Source of the DNA: Takakia lepidozioides
Lineage: Eukaryota > Plantae > Bryophyta
Length of the DNA stretch: 64,000 bases
Direction of reading: 5' to 3'
Assembly (NCBI GenBank): GCA_030704615.1
Contig: CM060733.1
Location: 47,740,001 to 47,804,000, forward strand
The position numbers and the translations under genes were made by a program. Below the pieces are notes generated by a model, which saw only the letters and a program-made list of their open reading frames with translations, was not told where the DNA came from and did not search any database. Shown here one piece after another: positions 13,344 to 25,041 of this stretch. Numbering within the stretch: the first letter of the stretch is position 1; each line of letters begins with the position of its first letter.

Positions 13344-14649
13344 AGCAGGCCGACACACTTCACTGCACTGAACTCGTGCTTCAGTGAACCTTGATGATGC
13401 GTCGTATAAACCTGCTCCCCTGCTGCTACATGGTACTCGTGATGGCTGGCTCTTGGGATGCGCATTGGTGGTTAAACAGATTCTTCTCTGGCAGACGACA
13501 AAGCGGTGATCGCTTTGATCAGAAACTCATGGTTCTTTATTTTGCAGCGGCGCTTTTACTCCTTGTCGGGAAGTACTCTATCCCTATTTATCTACAGATT
13601 ACATGTTGCTCTCTTTTTGTGTATGAGCCATTCTCTATCTGTGAACGCTTCTACTCTGATTGCGTTCTGTTGGAGACGATCTGTTGGACGCCATGGCGCA
13701 GGGCATACCACAAACACTCAAGGTTTTTTGAGTTTACCCTTGCTTGAATTGTGATCTGTACTTGCTTTAGAATTCAACACTGACATGGATAGCAACTGTG
13801 AAGACCTGCCATTTACCTGCTACATCCTCACTAACACACATCGCTATGTGGTGGTTTTTGGGACGGGCACAGGTGAGGGTCTTCACTTGTCTTGATTTCT
13901 TGAAGCTTGCAGCTCCTGTTCTTGCAAATGTGGATTTTGCTGCTGCCTATGCTGCTGATGCCATTTGATTTTTCAAACTGCCACCATGCCGCTTCAGACC
14001 TGCTTCAAGATGGCTCCAATGAGGATCTGCTTCTCTCCTTACCCCTGTTTATGGTTTTTTACAACCACATTCATGTGTAGGAGTTAAGCTATGAAGGGTA
14101 CAAGGATACAAAATAGCAGTTATTACTCTGATTGCTTTGATACTTGGCTCTGAAATGAAACTTCTTGGTATGACTCTGATGGATCAAAAGGATAGGCTTT
14201 GACAGATAACACACATTCTTCAAGGCCCTCATATCATTTTTGGTTTCATGGCTTGATAACAAACAGGGGTTTCTGAGCTGCTCTTTCACCTTGGCAGAAC
14301 TATTTTATGAGGCCTTAAAATACCATTCCATGCCTATACCTGCTTAAGGGAGCTCCACCCTGCTGTTTCTTCTTCATTTTTAAGAATCTTGCTTATATCT
14401 TGGTTCTAAAACATCATCTTCAAACCAAACCTGCAATCTGGTTTTTGAAATGAGTTTGAAATGAATTTTTGAGATGATGATGCATACTATGGTGCTTTCA
14501 TGATATGAATGACCTGGGATCCCACCCTCCCGTCCTGTTTTTTCAGAGACCCTGAAATGTAATGGGGTATGCAAATGAGATTGTAAAAATGAAAGGGAAT
14601 GTTAGATGGTGCCCTGTAAAGGGTTGTTTTGTCTTTCAATGACAATGAC

Positions 14650-15145
14650 CTTAGCGGTCTTGTCCATGTCTTGACATGACATGTATATCTTCCCTCTCTT
14701 CTGTGCTGTTCTCTTTTAAGCTCCCGACACCCTAAATTCAAGGTCAGATGGTGGGTTCAGCTGCAACATATGTCCAACACCAGATATCCTAAGTTAATCG
14801 ACTCTATATCTTGGAAACAGGACCGCCCTGTCAAACAGGGTGAGCCCTGGGGAGAAGAGAGTAAAAGAGATTCTCAAGGATCTGAATCTGGACCCGCAAG
14901 ACTTGACCTTGCTGGTGACTTAGAGAGTGTAGTGTCCAAAGCCATGTGTGTTACCAGAAAATTGTCCGATGAAAATGAAGTTGGGAAGAAAACTTCCCTG
15001 AACCTGTTTCCAGTCTGTGACATGGGGGAGGACATCATGGATGCGCTCAAGGGTCTATCCCACTCTTGGCACCAGACCTAAATTTCAAGTCAGGGCAGGA
15101 AGACTACCTTTGAACAGTAAACAGAAGCAGAGAGGAAAGGGGAGT
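14650..15145 (+). mobile_element. Diverged LINE ORF2 fragment of the same family
   Basis: MSNTRYPKLIDSISWKQDRP...LSDENEVGKKTSLNLFP matches 11446-11830 and 8850-9060. Confidence 0.75.
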
Positions 15146-15531
15146 GAAATTTCCCTGACGTACCTCTGCTGCTGATGGTGCTTGAAGCGAGCTGGCACGG
15201 CGAGCTGCTGCGGTGCCTGTCGCGGCTGCCAGCGGTGCGGGTCCCCGCTGCTGCAGGGCGTCTCTCCCGCTCACCACGGCTCTCTCTCTCTCTCTCTTCA
15301 GCTCGTTAGGTCGCGCCTCTGCGCGGCGTTCCTACCACACCATCAGCCCGTAGTGTGCTTAGTAGTGTGAGCATCCTGAAGATAGAACGAGAGGAAGGAT
15401 TTATTGTCTTGGGCTCTAGCACCATAGGGATGCTCCGCCTTTGGTTACCAATTTTGAAACCCGAGGCTGAGGCATAGGGTTTTTTTGCCAACGGTTTTTG
15501 AGAAATGAAAGTGTTGGTGGTGTGTTAATTA

Positions 15532-15920
15532 GGATGGGATGGTGAGGAAACATCGACCGTCTCCCTCGAGGATGGGGAGGTAGTACCACATATCGATTGT
15601 GGCCCTAGAGCGACCATTTTTCGTGGCGAGGAGGCACCCATTGCACCTGATCCAATACAGGCTGCCGGGCACAATCGTAGAAGGGACCGGGGCCAAATTT
15701 CAGGTGATGCGGAGGATGTTGACACTCCGGGATCGAGTCGGGCGCGCCGCGGGTTGCCCCTCGCGGGCCACCCCGTCCAACCACGTCCACCTTTGAGGAT
15801 TGAGTGTTGGTGCACTAAGTGTTGGGAACGGATACCGCCGGGCGGCACCAGACCACCGAGGCGGCGACCGCATGTTGTCGAAAAACATTACAAGAAGAAC
15901 AAGATTGCGGATGCGGCAAG
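15532..15920 (+). CDS. 5' exon of CACTA gene with a transposase-associated Zn motif (CxCxxC...H)
   Basis: Open frame GWDGEETSTV...PPLRIECWCTKCWERIPPGGTRPPRRRPHVVEKHYKKNK, ending at a canonical donor AAG|GTGAGT (15921). Resembles the Transpos_assoc motif at the N-terminus of En/Spm transposases. Confidence 0.5.
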
Positions 15921-16062
15921 GTGAGTGTTTTTCCCACCCCTCTCATTAACATTCATTTAAGGTACATTTAGGTTTATCTAATAATATAGTATGATTGGTA
16001 AGCATACATGAATCAAAATTACGACATAAGTATTGATGCGTCGTTCACTACGCACATTGCAG

Positions 16063-17216
16063 CCACGACTTGATGCCCAAGCTCGCAATCACATTGCACA
16101 GGAGGCATTTCGCGCCGGTCTACTTGCAGAATTTGTGCCAGAGCATGTGCCCGATGTGACCAGTTGGTTCCCCCAGCAGCACGTAGATGAGATGCGTAGG
16201 GTCGAGGGGTATCGTAGGTGTCGTAGGCGTTATGGCCGGCGACGAGCAGGCCCCCCCCCCTCCAGTTTCCTCAGGCGGTCCCCCTGATTGTGGCCTCCCC
16301 CCCCCCCCCGTCTGTTTCTTTGCCTGATCCACCTCCGGTTGTACCTGATCCGGACGTTGTACCCCGGCTGCACCTCCGACATTACATCCTCAACCACCTC
16401 CACTTTCATCTCCTCCGCCAGCAGTACCACCTCCACCTCCACCTCCACGTGCATGTGCCCCCCGAACCCCTAGGAGGGGTCGGCTTCGCCCTAGGTTTCC
16501 TCCCCTTCGGCTTGGGCGGCCTGAGCCGGATCCTCGCCCCCGATGGGAAGCGCATAGGACTATGTTACTGAGGACCGTCCAGCCTCGTTGTTGGGGGAAT
16601 CATCTCGACCCTCCCACCCCCATCCGAGAAAATGTGGAGTTCGAGTATTGGGGGAGACGGTATGTTGTGAGCCGCTTACAGACCTGCTATGGGTCGGGGT
16701 TTATTCACGGTCAATGATATTGTGGTTCCTCCTCGGAGAAAAAATGGTGGACTTGTTTCCCTACTACGGTCCATACTACACCTCCGCGGAGTTCCGTACA
16801 TTACGCCTCGAAGCCCCATACATCCTACCCTACATTTTGTGTGTCAACGGACAGGATGTACGTAGACGGGGGTTGTCTCCCATTGAGATCAGATTTTGTG
16901 ATGGTGACCCCGACATCTTCGGCAATGTTGCTGGGCTGGTCAATAGTTCTTTTGGTCATCCTAGGAGAACCAATGTAGTATGGGACGAGCGAAGCGATGG
17001 GCATGAGAGCTTTTGTGGTCATACGTCAGTATACTGTGAGGGATGCACATGTTTGTGATGACATGTGCTAGTAGGACTATTAGGGCTGGCAGCGAACTAT
17101 TTGCATCATACGAGTTCTCCCGGGATGATTGGGACCTCCGATTACAGCGTGAGTGGGATGTGTATGATAGAAATAGGGTTCCTTTGAGACAGGGATCGCG
17201 TAGAGGGGCATTGTAG
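16063..17216 (+). CDS. SET-domain protein exon (Pro-rich linker plus SET), frameshifted in this sequence
   Basis: Across 1-2 nt frameshifts: AAYRPAMGRGLFTVNDIVVPP...DLFPYYGPYY...YILCVNG...FCDGDPDIFGNVAGLVNSS..HPRRTNVVW...MFVMTCASRTIRAGSELFASYEF...RRGAL* (TAG 17214-17216). Contains GxGLF, YxG, GNxAxxxN(S)S and IxxGxELxxxY SET motifs in the correct order. Confidence 0.75.
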
Positions 17217-18189
17217 ATATTCTCATGATGTACTTGTATACATCCGATTAATCGATTGATGTAAAATTTTTCTTGTTGCTCGTGTGGGTTGCAACTTTGC
17301 ATATGTGATCTAAACATACTTATGCACATGTGGACCAAATATGAGCTTGAACCAAGTTGATTCAATGGGTCATTCTAGTGTTGAACGCAGCTACGTGTCA
17401 TAGAGACGGAAAATTGTGTTTCGGCAGATGATTTTTTTTTATTCCATTTTCAAGCCATATGCTTAATGATAGCATATGCAATGTGTGCAAAATTTGGGAG
17501 TAAACAAAAGTCATTTGGACCCATAACCAGATTTTGTTCTCTCATTTGCACTCCAAAGTTGAGTTATCTTCAACTTCATGCACTCTTCATAGAGAGTTTT
17601 GCAAAAGTGACCCTAGAAAACACACTTATTTATTTTTCCATTTTTTTTTGTCCCATTTGTTGCATGGATGTAGTGGTGCAAAGCCCGATGTCACAGAACA
17701 AAATAGAGCTAAAAATAAAATCATTACGCCCCTCAAAAACGCAATCATATATTTTTAAATGATTTTTTTTTAAATTCGATTTAATTCAAAATTGGTGCAA
17801 GGGTGAGTGCGTCGTTGGGGAGGCTTTTTTTTTTTTTTTTTCCTGCTGGATCTTTGTACAGGTGTTGCACACATATTTAAGCACATGTAGGAAAAAATGA
17901 AGCTTGAGCCACATCCGTTTGTTGGGTGCAATGGCATGAGAGGATTTTCTTTCACATTAATAAACAAAAATTGGTTGATAGGGTGAATGCGTCATTGGGG
18001 GGGCAAATGATTTTGTTTGGGTTTGAAACTTTGCATGCGTGTACGTTGCGCACATACATGTAATTATTGAATGACATATTTGATGCACACACACATTGAA
18101 GGTTGTTGTTTGCATTTCGCTTATAATGAAGTGTATGGTTGCAAGGACACATTATAATATATGTCCCTATGTTCATTTGTTCGTATCAG

Positions 18190-21100
18190 GACTTTGTCCA
18201 TCCCTTCCCGGTCTTTTCTCTTGGCACCCCATCCGAAAACAACCCAAGTACATCAGGCGGGAGCCGGGCGAGACGCCCCCCACGGTACCGGACGATGATG
18301 ACGATGACAGTGATAGTGACAGTGACAACAACAATGAGCATGGAATTAACCAGGAGGATGTGCAAGCCATGGAGGATCTCTTAATGCATCATGTGGGCGC
18401 TGATGCATCCCATGAAGAGGGAACCCGGCCAATCGATGATCCTGAAATGGCCCCCTCAAATGACATGGAGAGGGAGGCGAGAACTCCCTTGTACGAAGGG
18501 GCGAAAGTGAGTCGACTTTCAACAATCTTACTTTTGCTCAATCTTCAAATTCGATTTGGCATAAGTAATGTTGGGATGTCTGCCATAATGCGAACTATTG
18601 CAGACTATATCCTTGCTCCACACTTGAAACCCAAGATGCCACGGTCGCGGAAAGAGGCGCGCGAAGTCTTGGACTCTGTGGGGATGGGCTATAAGATTTT
18701 TCATGCATGTCCATGTGATAAAACCCTATACTACGGAGAGGATTCGCATCTCACCAAGTGCCCAAAGTGCAAGAAAGACCGATATCGGGATGATGTCCAA
18801 GGGAAAAAAGTACCACGCAAGGTATAAGCACCATTCCCCTCGCATGAGATTATTAGAGAGTAGTACTCATGCAAGATCTGATTGTGGTTTTGGAAGGAGT
18901 GAGTGAGGAGTGGAAGGAGCGACGTTTGGTTTGACCATTCACACCCAAATGAGGGAGAGGCTGCATAAAGGGAAAGACATAAGGGTGTTGTATTATGTGT
19001 GCTAATGGGATGATTACATGTGGGGGGCGTGGGGTATTTCATCCTAGAAAATGCATTACTTTCCGATCATCCCGCGATTGAGGGCACAGTACCGAAGCCC
19101 CGAATTGGCCAGACTCATGAGATGGCACGCCTCGCATCGGAGCCCCCCGGGAAAGGTGTGCGGGCCACAAGATTCACAAGCATGGAGGCATATTGAAGAG
19201 ATGTGGCTTTTCTCTTGGAGGACCCACGACATGTCCACCTCGGCTTCTCCTCGGATGGGGTCAACCCATTCTCTGTCCAGTCATGTAGTCATTCCACTTG
19301 GCCGGTGACCATGGTGAATTACAACATCCCTCCGTATCTTTCAATTAAAAAAGGCCATATCATGTTGGCTGCCATTGTGCCAGGTGAGTGTACTCATTTC
19401 ATGTTTATTATTGCCTTCGACTTTACATTAAACTTCTGATCTTTGACGCAATTCGGATGCAAGATTGATGAGTGACATAATCATGGAGTAAGACGTGTAA
19501 TTCATTTTGTAGTATAATCTGCATATGGTGGAGCATTGAAACAATGATGTGAATGTCTCATAGGGAAAAAACAAGTGGCAAACATGGACACGTACTTGCG
19601 ACCTCTTGTTGATGAACTTAAAGAGCTATGGAGGGGGGTCCCGCATTGGATGCTTCACTTGACCCTATGGCCGGACAATTTTCAGATGAGAGGCATCTTG
19701 CTTTGGACAATGCATGATTATCCAGTATATTATGTTCCCCATGAACAACCCGCGTACATTCACTTGTCAATGCCGGATGATGAGGATTGGGATTGATTGA
19801 AGTAGCGGCGACAGTCTTGTGCACCGTAGTGGGGTAGATGGCATTATGGGCCATGCACATGACAACTTTTGTTTTTGCTAATGTGGCGGGATGTGTAGTA
19901 CAGACTAACTGTTTGCTCGGGGCTAAGCACCAAAGGGTACCATGCATGCTTGCATTGTGGCGATGATCTTGATGCACATAGCTCCCGCCATCTTCACAAG
20001 ATGGTGTATCCCAACTACCGCAAATTTCTTCCTATGAGCCATCGATGGAGAAGAAGAGAGAAACACTTGTTTGATGGCAAAGAGGAAGTACGTCCCCCCC
20101 CTATGACACCGTCCGGGCAGTTTTGGGAGGACCGATGGAAGGAGGCCATGCGGGCACGGACGGTGAAGTGGACGTGCCGGCATGAAACGACTTTCAATCT
20201 TCTACGAGTTGTCATATTGGGCGGTACATATTCCACAAAAACACCGTCAATATCCCTATGCATGCATGTGATATTGCACATTTGGTATGCGTTGCATTGT
20301 CACTTTCACGTAAAAAAAATTTGTGTAAGTCTTTGTGGGTGGGGATATATGTAGGACCTGAAGATTCGCCATCTAGATCCCATGCATATTGAGAAGAATG
20401 TCTGCTCGTCCTTTTTCGGGTTCTTCATGGCACGCCGCAAAGAAGGGAGTGGCTGCAAAAAGGAGATTCTCTCGGTGTTAGAAAGGAGCTTGAGGAGCAG
20501 GGTCGCATGCGCCATCTATGGGCCGAACAAAATGGTGTGGACCCAAAGGGTGTTGTACGGTGGAAGTATAGGCGCGCACCTTGGCAATGGACAAAGGAGG
20601 AATACAAGAAAGTGATAGCCACCATAAGTGTTGTCCGAACACCAACTGGTTATGGGTCATCCCTCCGTACGAAGTTCAGCGAAGAAGACGGGGTCCATGG
20701 TTTGAAGTCTCATGACTACCACAATCTATTGCAAGACATCTTGCCCATTGCAGTACGTGGGACATTGACTCCCGAGGTTCGTGAGACAATCTATAGATTG
20801 GGAGGCTTGTTCCGGTGGATTTGCTCCAAAGAGTTGGAAGAAGCAGATTTTCCACGCATGAAGAAGGAGGAGGCGGAGGTAATGTGTGTTGGAGATGCAC
20901 CTTCCTCCCTCCTTCTTTGACATCCAAGTGCACTTGGTAGTGCACTTAGTGGAAGAGGCTTCGATTGCCGGCCCCGTTCATTCTCGGTGGATGTACTTCC
21001 TTGAGCGTTATATGAAGACTTTGAAAGGATTTGTAAGACAAATGGCGCACCGGAGGGTAGCATGGCGGAGGGGTATACGTTGCAAGAAGCTATGTTCTAT

Positions 21101-22284
21101 TGCACGGAGTACATGGCAAGGGTGGATGAGGAATCCCCTCGGATGTGGAAGGAAGAGGAGGATGCACGAACCAAGACATCGTTTTGCCCAAAAAATCGAA
21201 GAGGGTAAAATTGCCGACCTTGGTGATTGAGCAAGCGCATGACTTCATACTGAAGAACACCCCATCCATACATGAGTGGGAGGCAAGATACAATAATCTT
21301 GTTCAGCAACGAGAGGAGGAGACGCTTGCATGGAGGCGGAACCATCCAAGGCCGGTTACTAGACGCCCACGACGAGGAGCGGGCCGCCGGAATGTTCCTT
21401 CACAAAATTTGCCCATGGAATTGCAGCCTCTAAGTTCATTCCAACAGTGGCTTCGGACTTCAGTTTATGACGCCGTTGCTCAAGGAGGTGGTTTCAGATT
21501 TGGTGCAAGACATTGCAAGGGGCCCCTCTCAATTCGCGACCTCATACACGGCGGTTTGGGTTCACGGTCGTCATTTCCGCATTCGTGCTCTTGACATGAA
21601 GCGCAAAACAACCTTTGATTCTGGCTTGTGTGCCACATATTGGCAAGACTCCGTGTGGGGCAAGGGAGATACACGACCTGCTATGAGCAAACTTGAGTAC
21701 ATTGGAGAGCTTGAGAGCATACTCCAACTTCAGTATACAAGGTACCGGCCTCTTCTCTTCAAGGGAAGGTGGTTCCAGCCACATCTTGTGGGCCCTCCGC
21801 AACACTAGTGCAAGATGATTGTGGTTTCATGCGCGTCAATGCAGATAGGCTCAACCCTACTCATCGTCCCTCCGATGAGCCTTTTTCACGGCCTTCAGAC
21901 ATGGAGCAAGTTTTTCTCCGATGACAAAACAAGAGGGGGGAATTGGAAGGTGGTTGTGCATGCTCAGCCAAGAGGAAGACGTATATCATGGTCTCGGATC
22001 TCCATGGGGTGAGGCAATTGCGGTGGACGGAGAGACTGGTCATAATGATGCTGATGATGGAGGTTGGGTAGAGGGGGTAGAAGAGGATGATGACGCCCGG
22101 ACAATGCATCCTGGACCCTAGAGAAGGAAGAGACGAAGACACGGCCATTGACAACGAGGTGGAGGATGATTCGGAGGTGCCTTTTGAGGGCCGGGCCATT
22201 TATGACGATGACTCCGATGACCAAGAAGACTTGCAGCTTGATGAGGATGAAGAGGCTCCGGATGATGATGTTCAAGTTGATTAG
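18190..22284 (+). pseudogene. CACTA transposase (Tnp2/Transposase_21 + DUF4218 + DUF4216-like), 5 exons, many 1-nt frameshifts
   Basis: Motifs: PLYEGAKVSRLS, FHACPCD...CPKC...RY, MHYFPIIPRL...LMRWH, DGVNPF...STWPV...YNIPP, YLRPLVDELKELW, WTMHDYP, LDPMHIEKNV, GLKSHDYH, FDIQVHLVVHL...GPVHSRWMYFLERYMKTLK, LFKGRW. Approximate exons: 18190-18821, 19048-19383, 19564-19725, 19903-20223, 20355-22284. Confidence 0.93.
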
Positions 22285-23265
22285 ACACAAAATCAAAGCT
22301 ACATAACAATTCTCGCACCGAACTGGACCCATCCCTTCGATTGATTGTACATGTACATGCATATTGTACTTTATTTCTATGATTCATCAAATATGGCTGT
22401 GGCTGGTAGTCTTTCAAGAAAGAAGGCAGAGGCAATGAATATGTTGGAGCAACACATACAGATGTGGTATCAAGAGAATTATCAAAATGAATGTCACAAT
22501 CTACAAGAAGGTCCACAACAACAAGCTAAACCATAAAGAAAAACAAACACCCTACCCCAGTACCATATGAAAAAAAAAAAAAACTAAGAACCCCCAAAGG
22601 CCCTAAACCTAAACCTAGAAAGCCCTGCCGTCGCCTCCTGCGACCCCACGCGTCGCCAACTGCGACGCGTTTTTGGATTTAAGGCCGGGGGTCGCAAACG
22701 GCGACGGCCAACCGTCGCCAACTGCGACCTGTTTTTTTTGAATGGATTTATGAGGCCGGGGGTCGCAAACGGCGACGGCCAGCCGTCGCAAACTGTGACA
22801 TGTTTTTTTGTTTTGAAAGAATAGGGCAGCCGGGCAGTTTGCGACGCCCGGCCGTCGCAGGGGCCTTTTGCCCTTCATGCCACCATGCGACGGCCGGGCG
22901 TCGCAAGAAAGGGCTGATGAAAGAAAAGGCAAGAAATGGTTTTTTTTTTCCGGCGTGCGACGACCGGCCGTCGCCAGAAAGGGCTGCCTTCTGCCCTTCG
23001 CTGGGGGACGCTTGGGCGTCGCACGGAAGGGCTGCCATTTCCCTTCATCATTCCGTGCGACGGCCAGGCGTCCGCCTGGCCCCGGCGCCAGGTTTCACTC
23101 CCGCGGGGTTTGGCTGCGACGGGCCCGGCGTCGCAACACGCTCCGCGGGGGGTTCGTCGCATGCTCGATGCCGTGCAGGGCGTGGGGGTGCGGCTGACGT
23201 CGCAAACCCCCCCCATTTGCTGTAGTGTGATATCAATGATGTATAAATTTAATAGCCTGGTATGG

Positions 23266-23400
23266 TATGTGGAATTGACGCCACAAGAAAAACAAAGACG
23301 GCGTTCAATGGGTTATGCTCTATTGCGGAGAAGAAGATCACATAGCATTAAACTACCCCAACAAGAGAAGATTCAAAGCTCGGGGCGCAACTCAAGTGTT
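23266..23400 (+). mobile_element. Gag C-terminal zinc-knuckle fragment of a chromovirus-type (Tcn1/sushi-like) gypsy element
   Basis: LTPQEKQRRRSMG(L)(C)LYCGEEDHIALN(Y)PNK with one frameshift; matches the LTxEEKxRR...LCLYCG..GH pattern. Confidence 0.65.
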
Positions 23401-23402
23401 CG

Positions 23403-24200
23403 CACTACAGGAAAAGGGGGACCTTTGCGACGCCCGAGCCACGCTGCAGCGTCGGGAAAACGCCCTTTTCAGGCAGGGGTTAGGCGCAGAATTTGCGACG
23501 CCAGGCCGTCGCCCGGCAGTCGCATGGGCGTCGCCAAAATGACGTCGCAAAAATGCGACGTATGGGGGTCGCGATCCCCGCCCGACTCCTGCGACTACCC
23601 GACATCGCTTTTCAGGCCGTCCGCGCCGATGGCAGGGGCCACCGTCGAGCGACGTCTCGCCGTCGCGGCCCTCCAGCCGACGGCGTTGGTGGGGCGCCGG
23701 CGCGGCGTCGCATCCTCTTTTTTTTCTAACCTGCCCGGGAGGGGAGTCCCATCATAAAACCCAAAAACACGTGGCATAAGCCGGATGGTACGCCAAGCGA
23801 CTAGGGGCGTGGCAGAAAAACAGCAGGAGCAGGAGCCAGGCTCCGTCACGCCCGGGCGTGGTTTTTGGCGTCGTTTTTTTTAATATTTATTCTTTAAAAT
23901 AAATAAATAATAAAAATGTGGCGCAGGTAGGGGTGGCGGGCTACGCGACACCAAGGCGTCGCGACTTGCGACCCCCGGACCAAAAAAACACGTCGCAGGG
24001 GGGGTTGGCGGGGGTTGCCGCCCGCAAATGGGATTGGCGACACCCGACCGTCGCGGCGTGCGACCCCCGCCAAAAAACACGTCGCATTGACGACGTCCTG
24101 TAGTCGCGAGGGCAGCCTGGTGGGGGGGGTTTGGGGGTGATTTGGGGTGAATTGGGGGTGGTTTTTTTTTTGCCTGGTTTTTTTTGGGGATGGGAGACCT
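23403..24200 (+). mobile_element. CACTA terminus with subterminal repeats (same TIR family as element 1)
   Basis: Begins CACTACAGGAAAAGGGGGACCTTTGCGACG, compared with the element 1 TIR CACTACAGCAAATGGGGGGGGTTTGCGACG. GCGAC/GTCGC array to about 24110. No matching partner end found. Confidence 0.85.
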
Positions 24201-25041
24201 TACAGTTCCATTTCTCTGATTTAGCAGGTACACAATTGAGCAAGCATGAATCGAGGGTGAGGACGGTGCGACACATGAATAAGATGAAAGATGGAAAGAT
24301 GGAAATATATTTACAGGAAATGAGCTGAAAAGCTCAAGGGTTCAGTAGGCTGACCCTAGGACCTACATGGACTAGGACTAGTCATCCTCATCCTCATCCT
24401 CAGTGGAGGACTCAGAGCTATCCGATGAGCCTGATGACTCCGCGCCCTTTGCCAGAGCACGTAAATGAGGCGGCGTTCCCCTAAGTCCCACAGAGCTCTC
24501 ATCCAATCCCTGGCCATGACCCCCGACCTCATCCGTACTAGTGCCCTGTAGTGCACTCATCCCCTCCGTGTTGGCCATGTTCTTCATGAGGGATTGCCAA
24601 CCATGCTCCTTGGTGTAGTTGTACTCTACCGGAGATGGCTTCCTCTCAAACGTGCGTTGCTACACATGCCACAAATTAAAGTCAGTTCTTCGCGATGATA
24701 GAGCCAGAAAGAAGACATAACAAAATCCATAAGGAAGTACGACTTACAAATCGCAAGATAAAACCCTTGGATCCGCCGGCGCCCCACTTGTGTGTGGATT
24801 CATGCTTGTCAAGGCGGATTGTTGTTGCTTCGCATGCCCGGTCAAATTTGGCCTTGTTTGCGGCATCAATCTCTCCTGCAATGAGTGCATCCCACGATAC
24901 ATATGCCCCCACCCCTTCCCCCCCCCCCCCCCCCCCCCCCCCAATAATTAGTGAATTACACACATACGTTGCATTGAATCCACCTCATTAATGCACATGC
25001 GACAAATGGAAGGTGACATGATTCAGGATTTGCCAACCTGT

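Larger units (their letters stand above)
15500..23227 (+). mobile_element. CACTA (En/Spm) element 1, 5' end missing; carries a SET-domain gene plus transposase
   Basis: 3' TIR ...GTCGCAAACCCCCCCCATTTGCTGTAGTG ends at 23227 (reverse complement of CACTACAG). Dense GCGAC/GTCGC subterminal repeats at 22620-23200. Tnp2-family exons at 18190-22284. Confidence 0.85.

Noticed and set aside
22597-22620. Telomere-like CCCTAAA motifs (also about 10870, 39770, 56394)
   Set aside because: Only 1-3 degenerate units each; not an interstitial telomere array.
22615-24330. Many overlapping GC-rich ORFs up to 273 aa
   Set aside because: They arise from stop-poor subterminal repeats and show no protein motifs.
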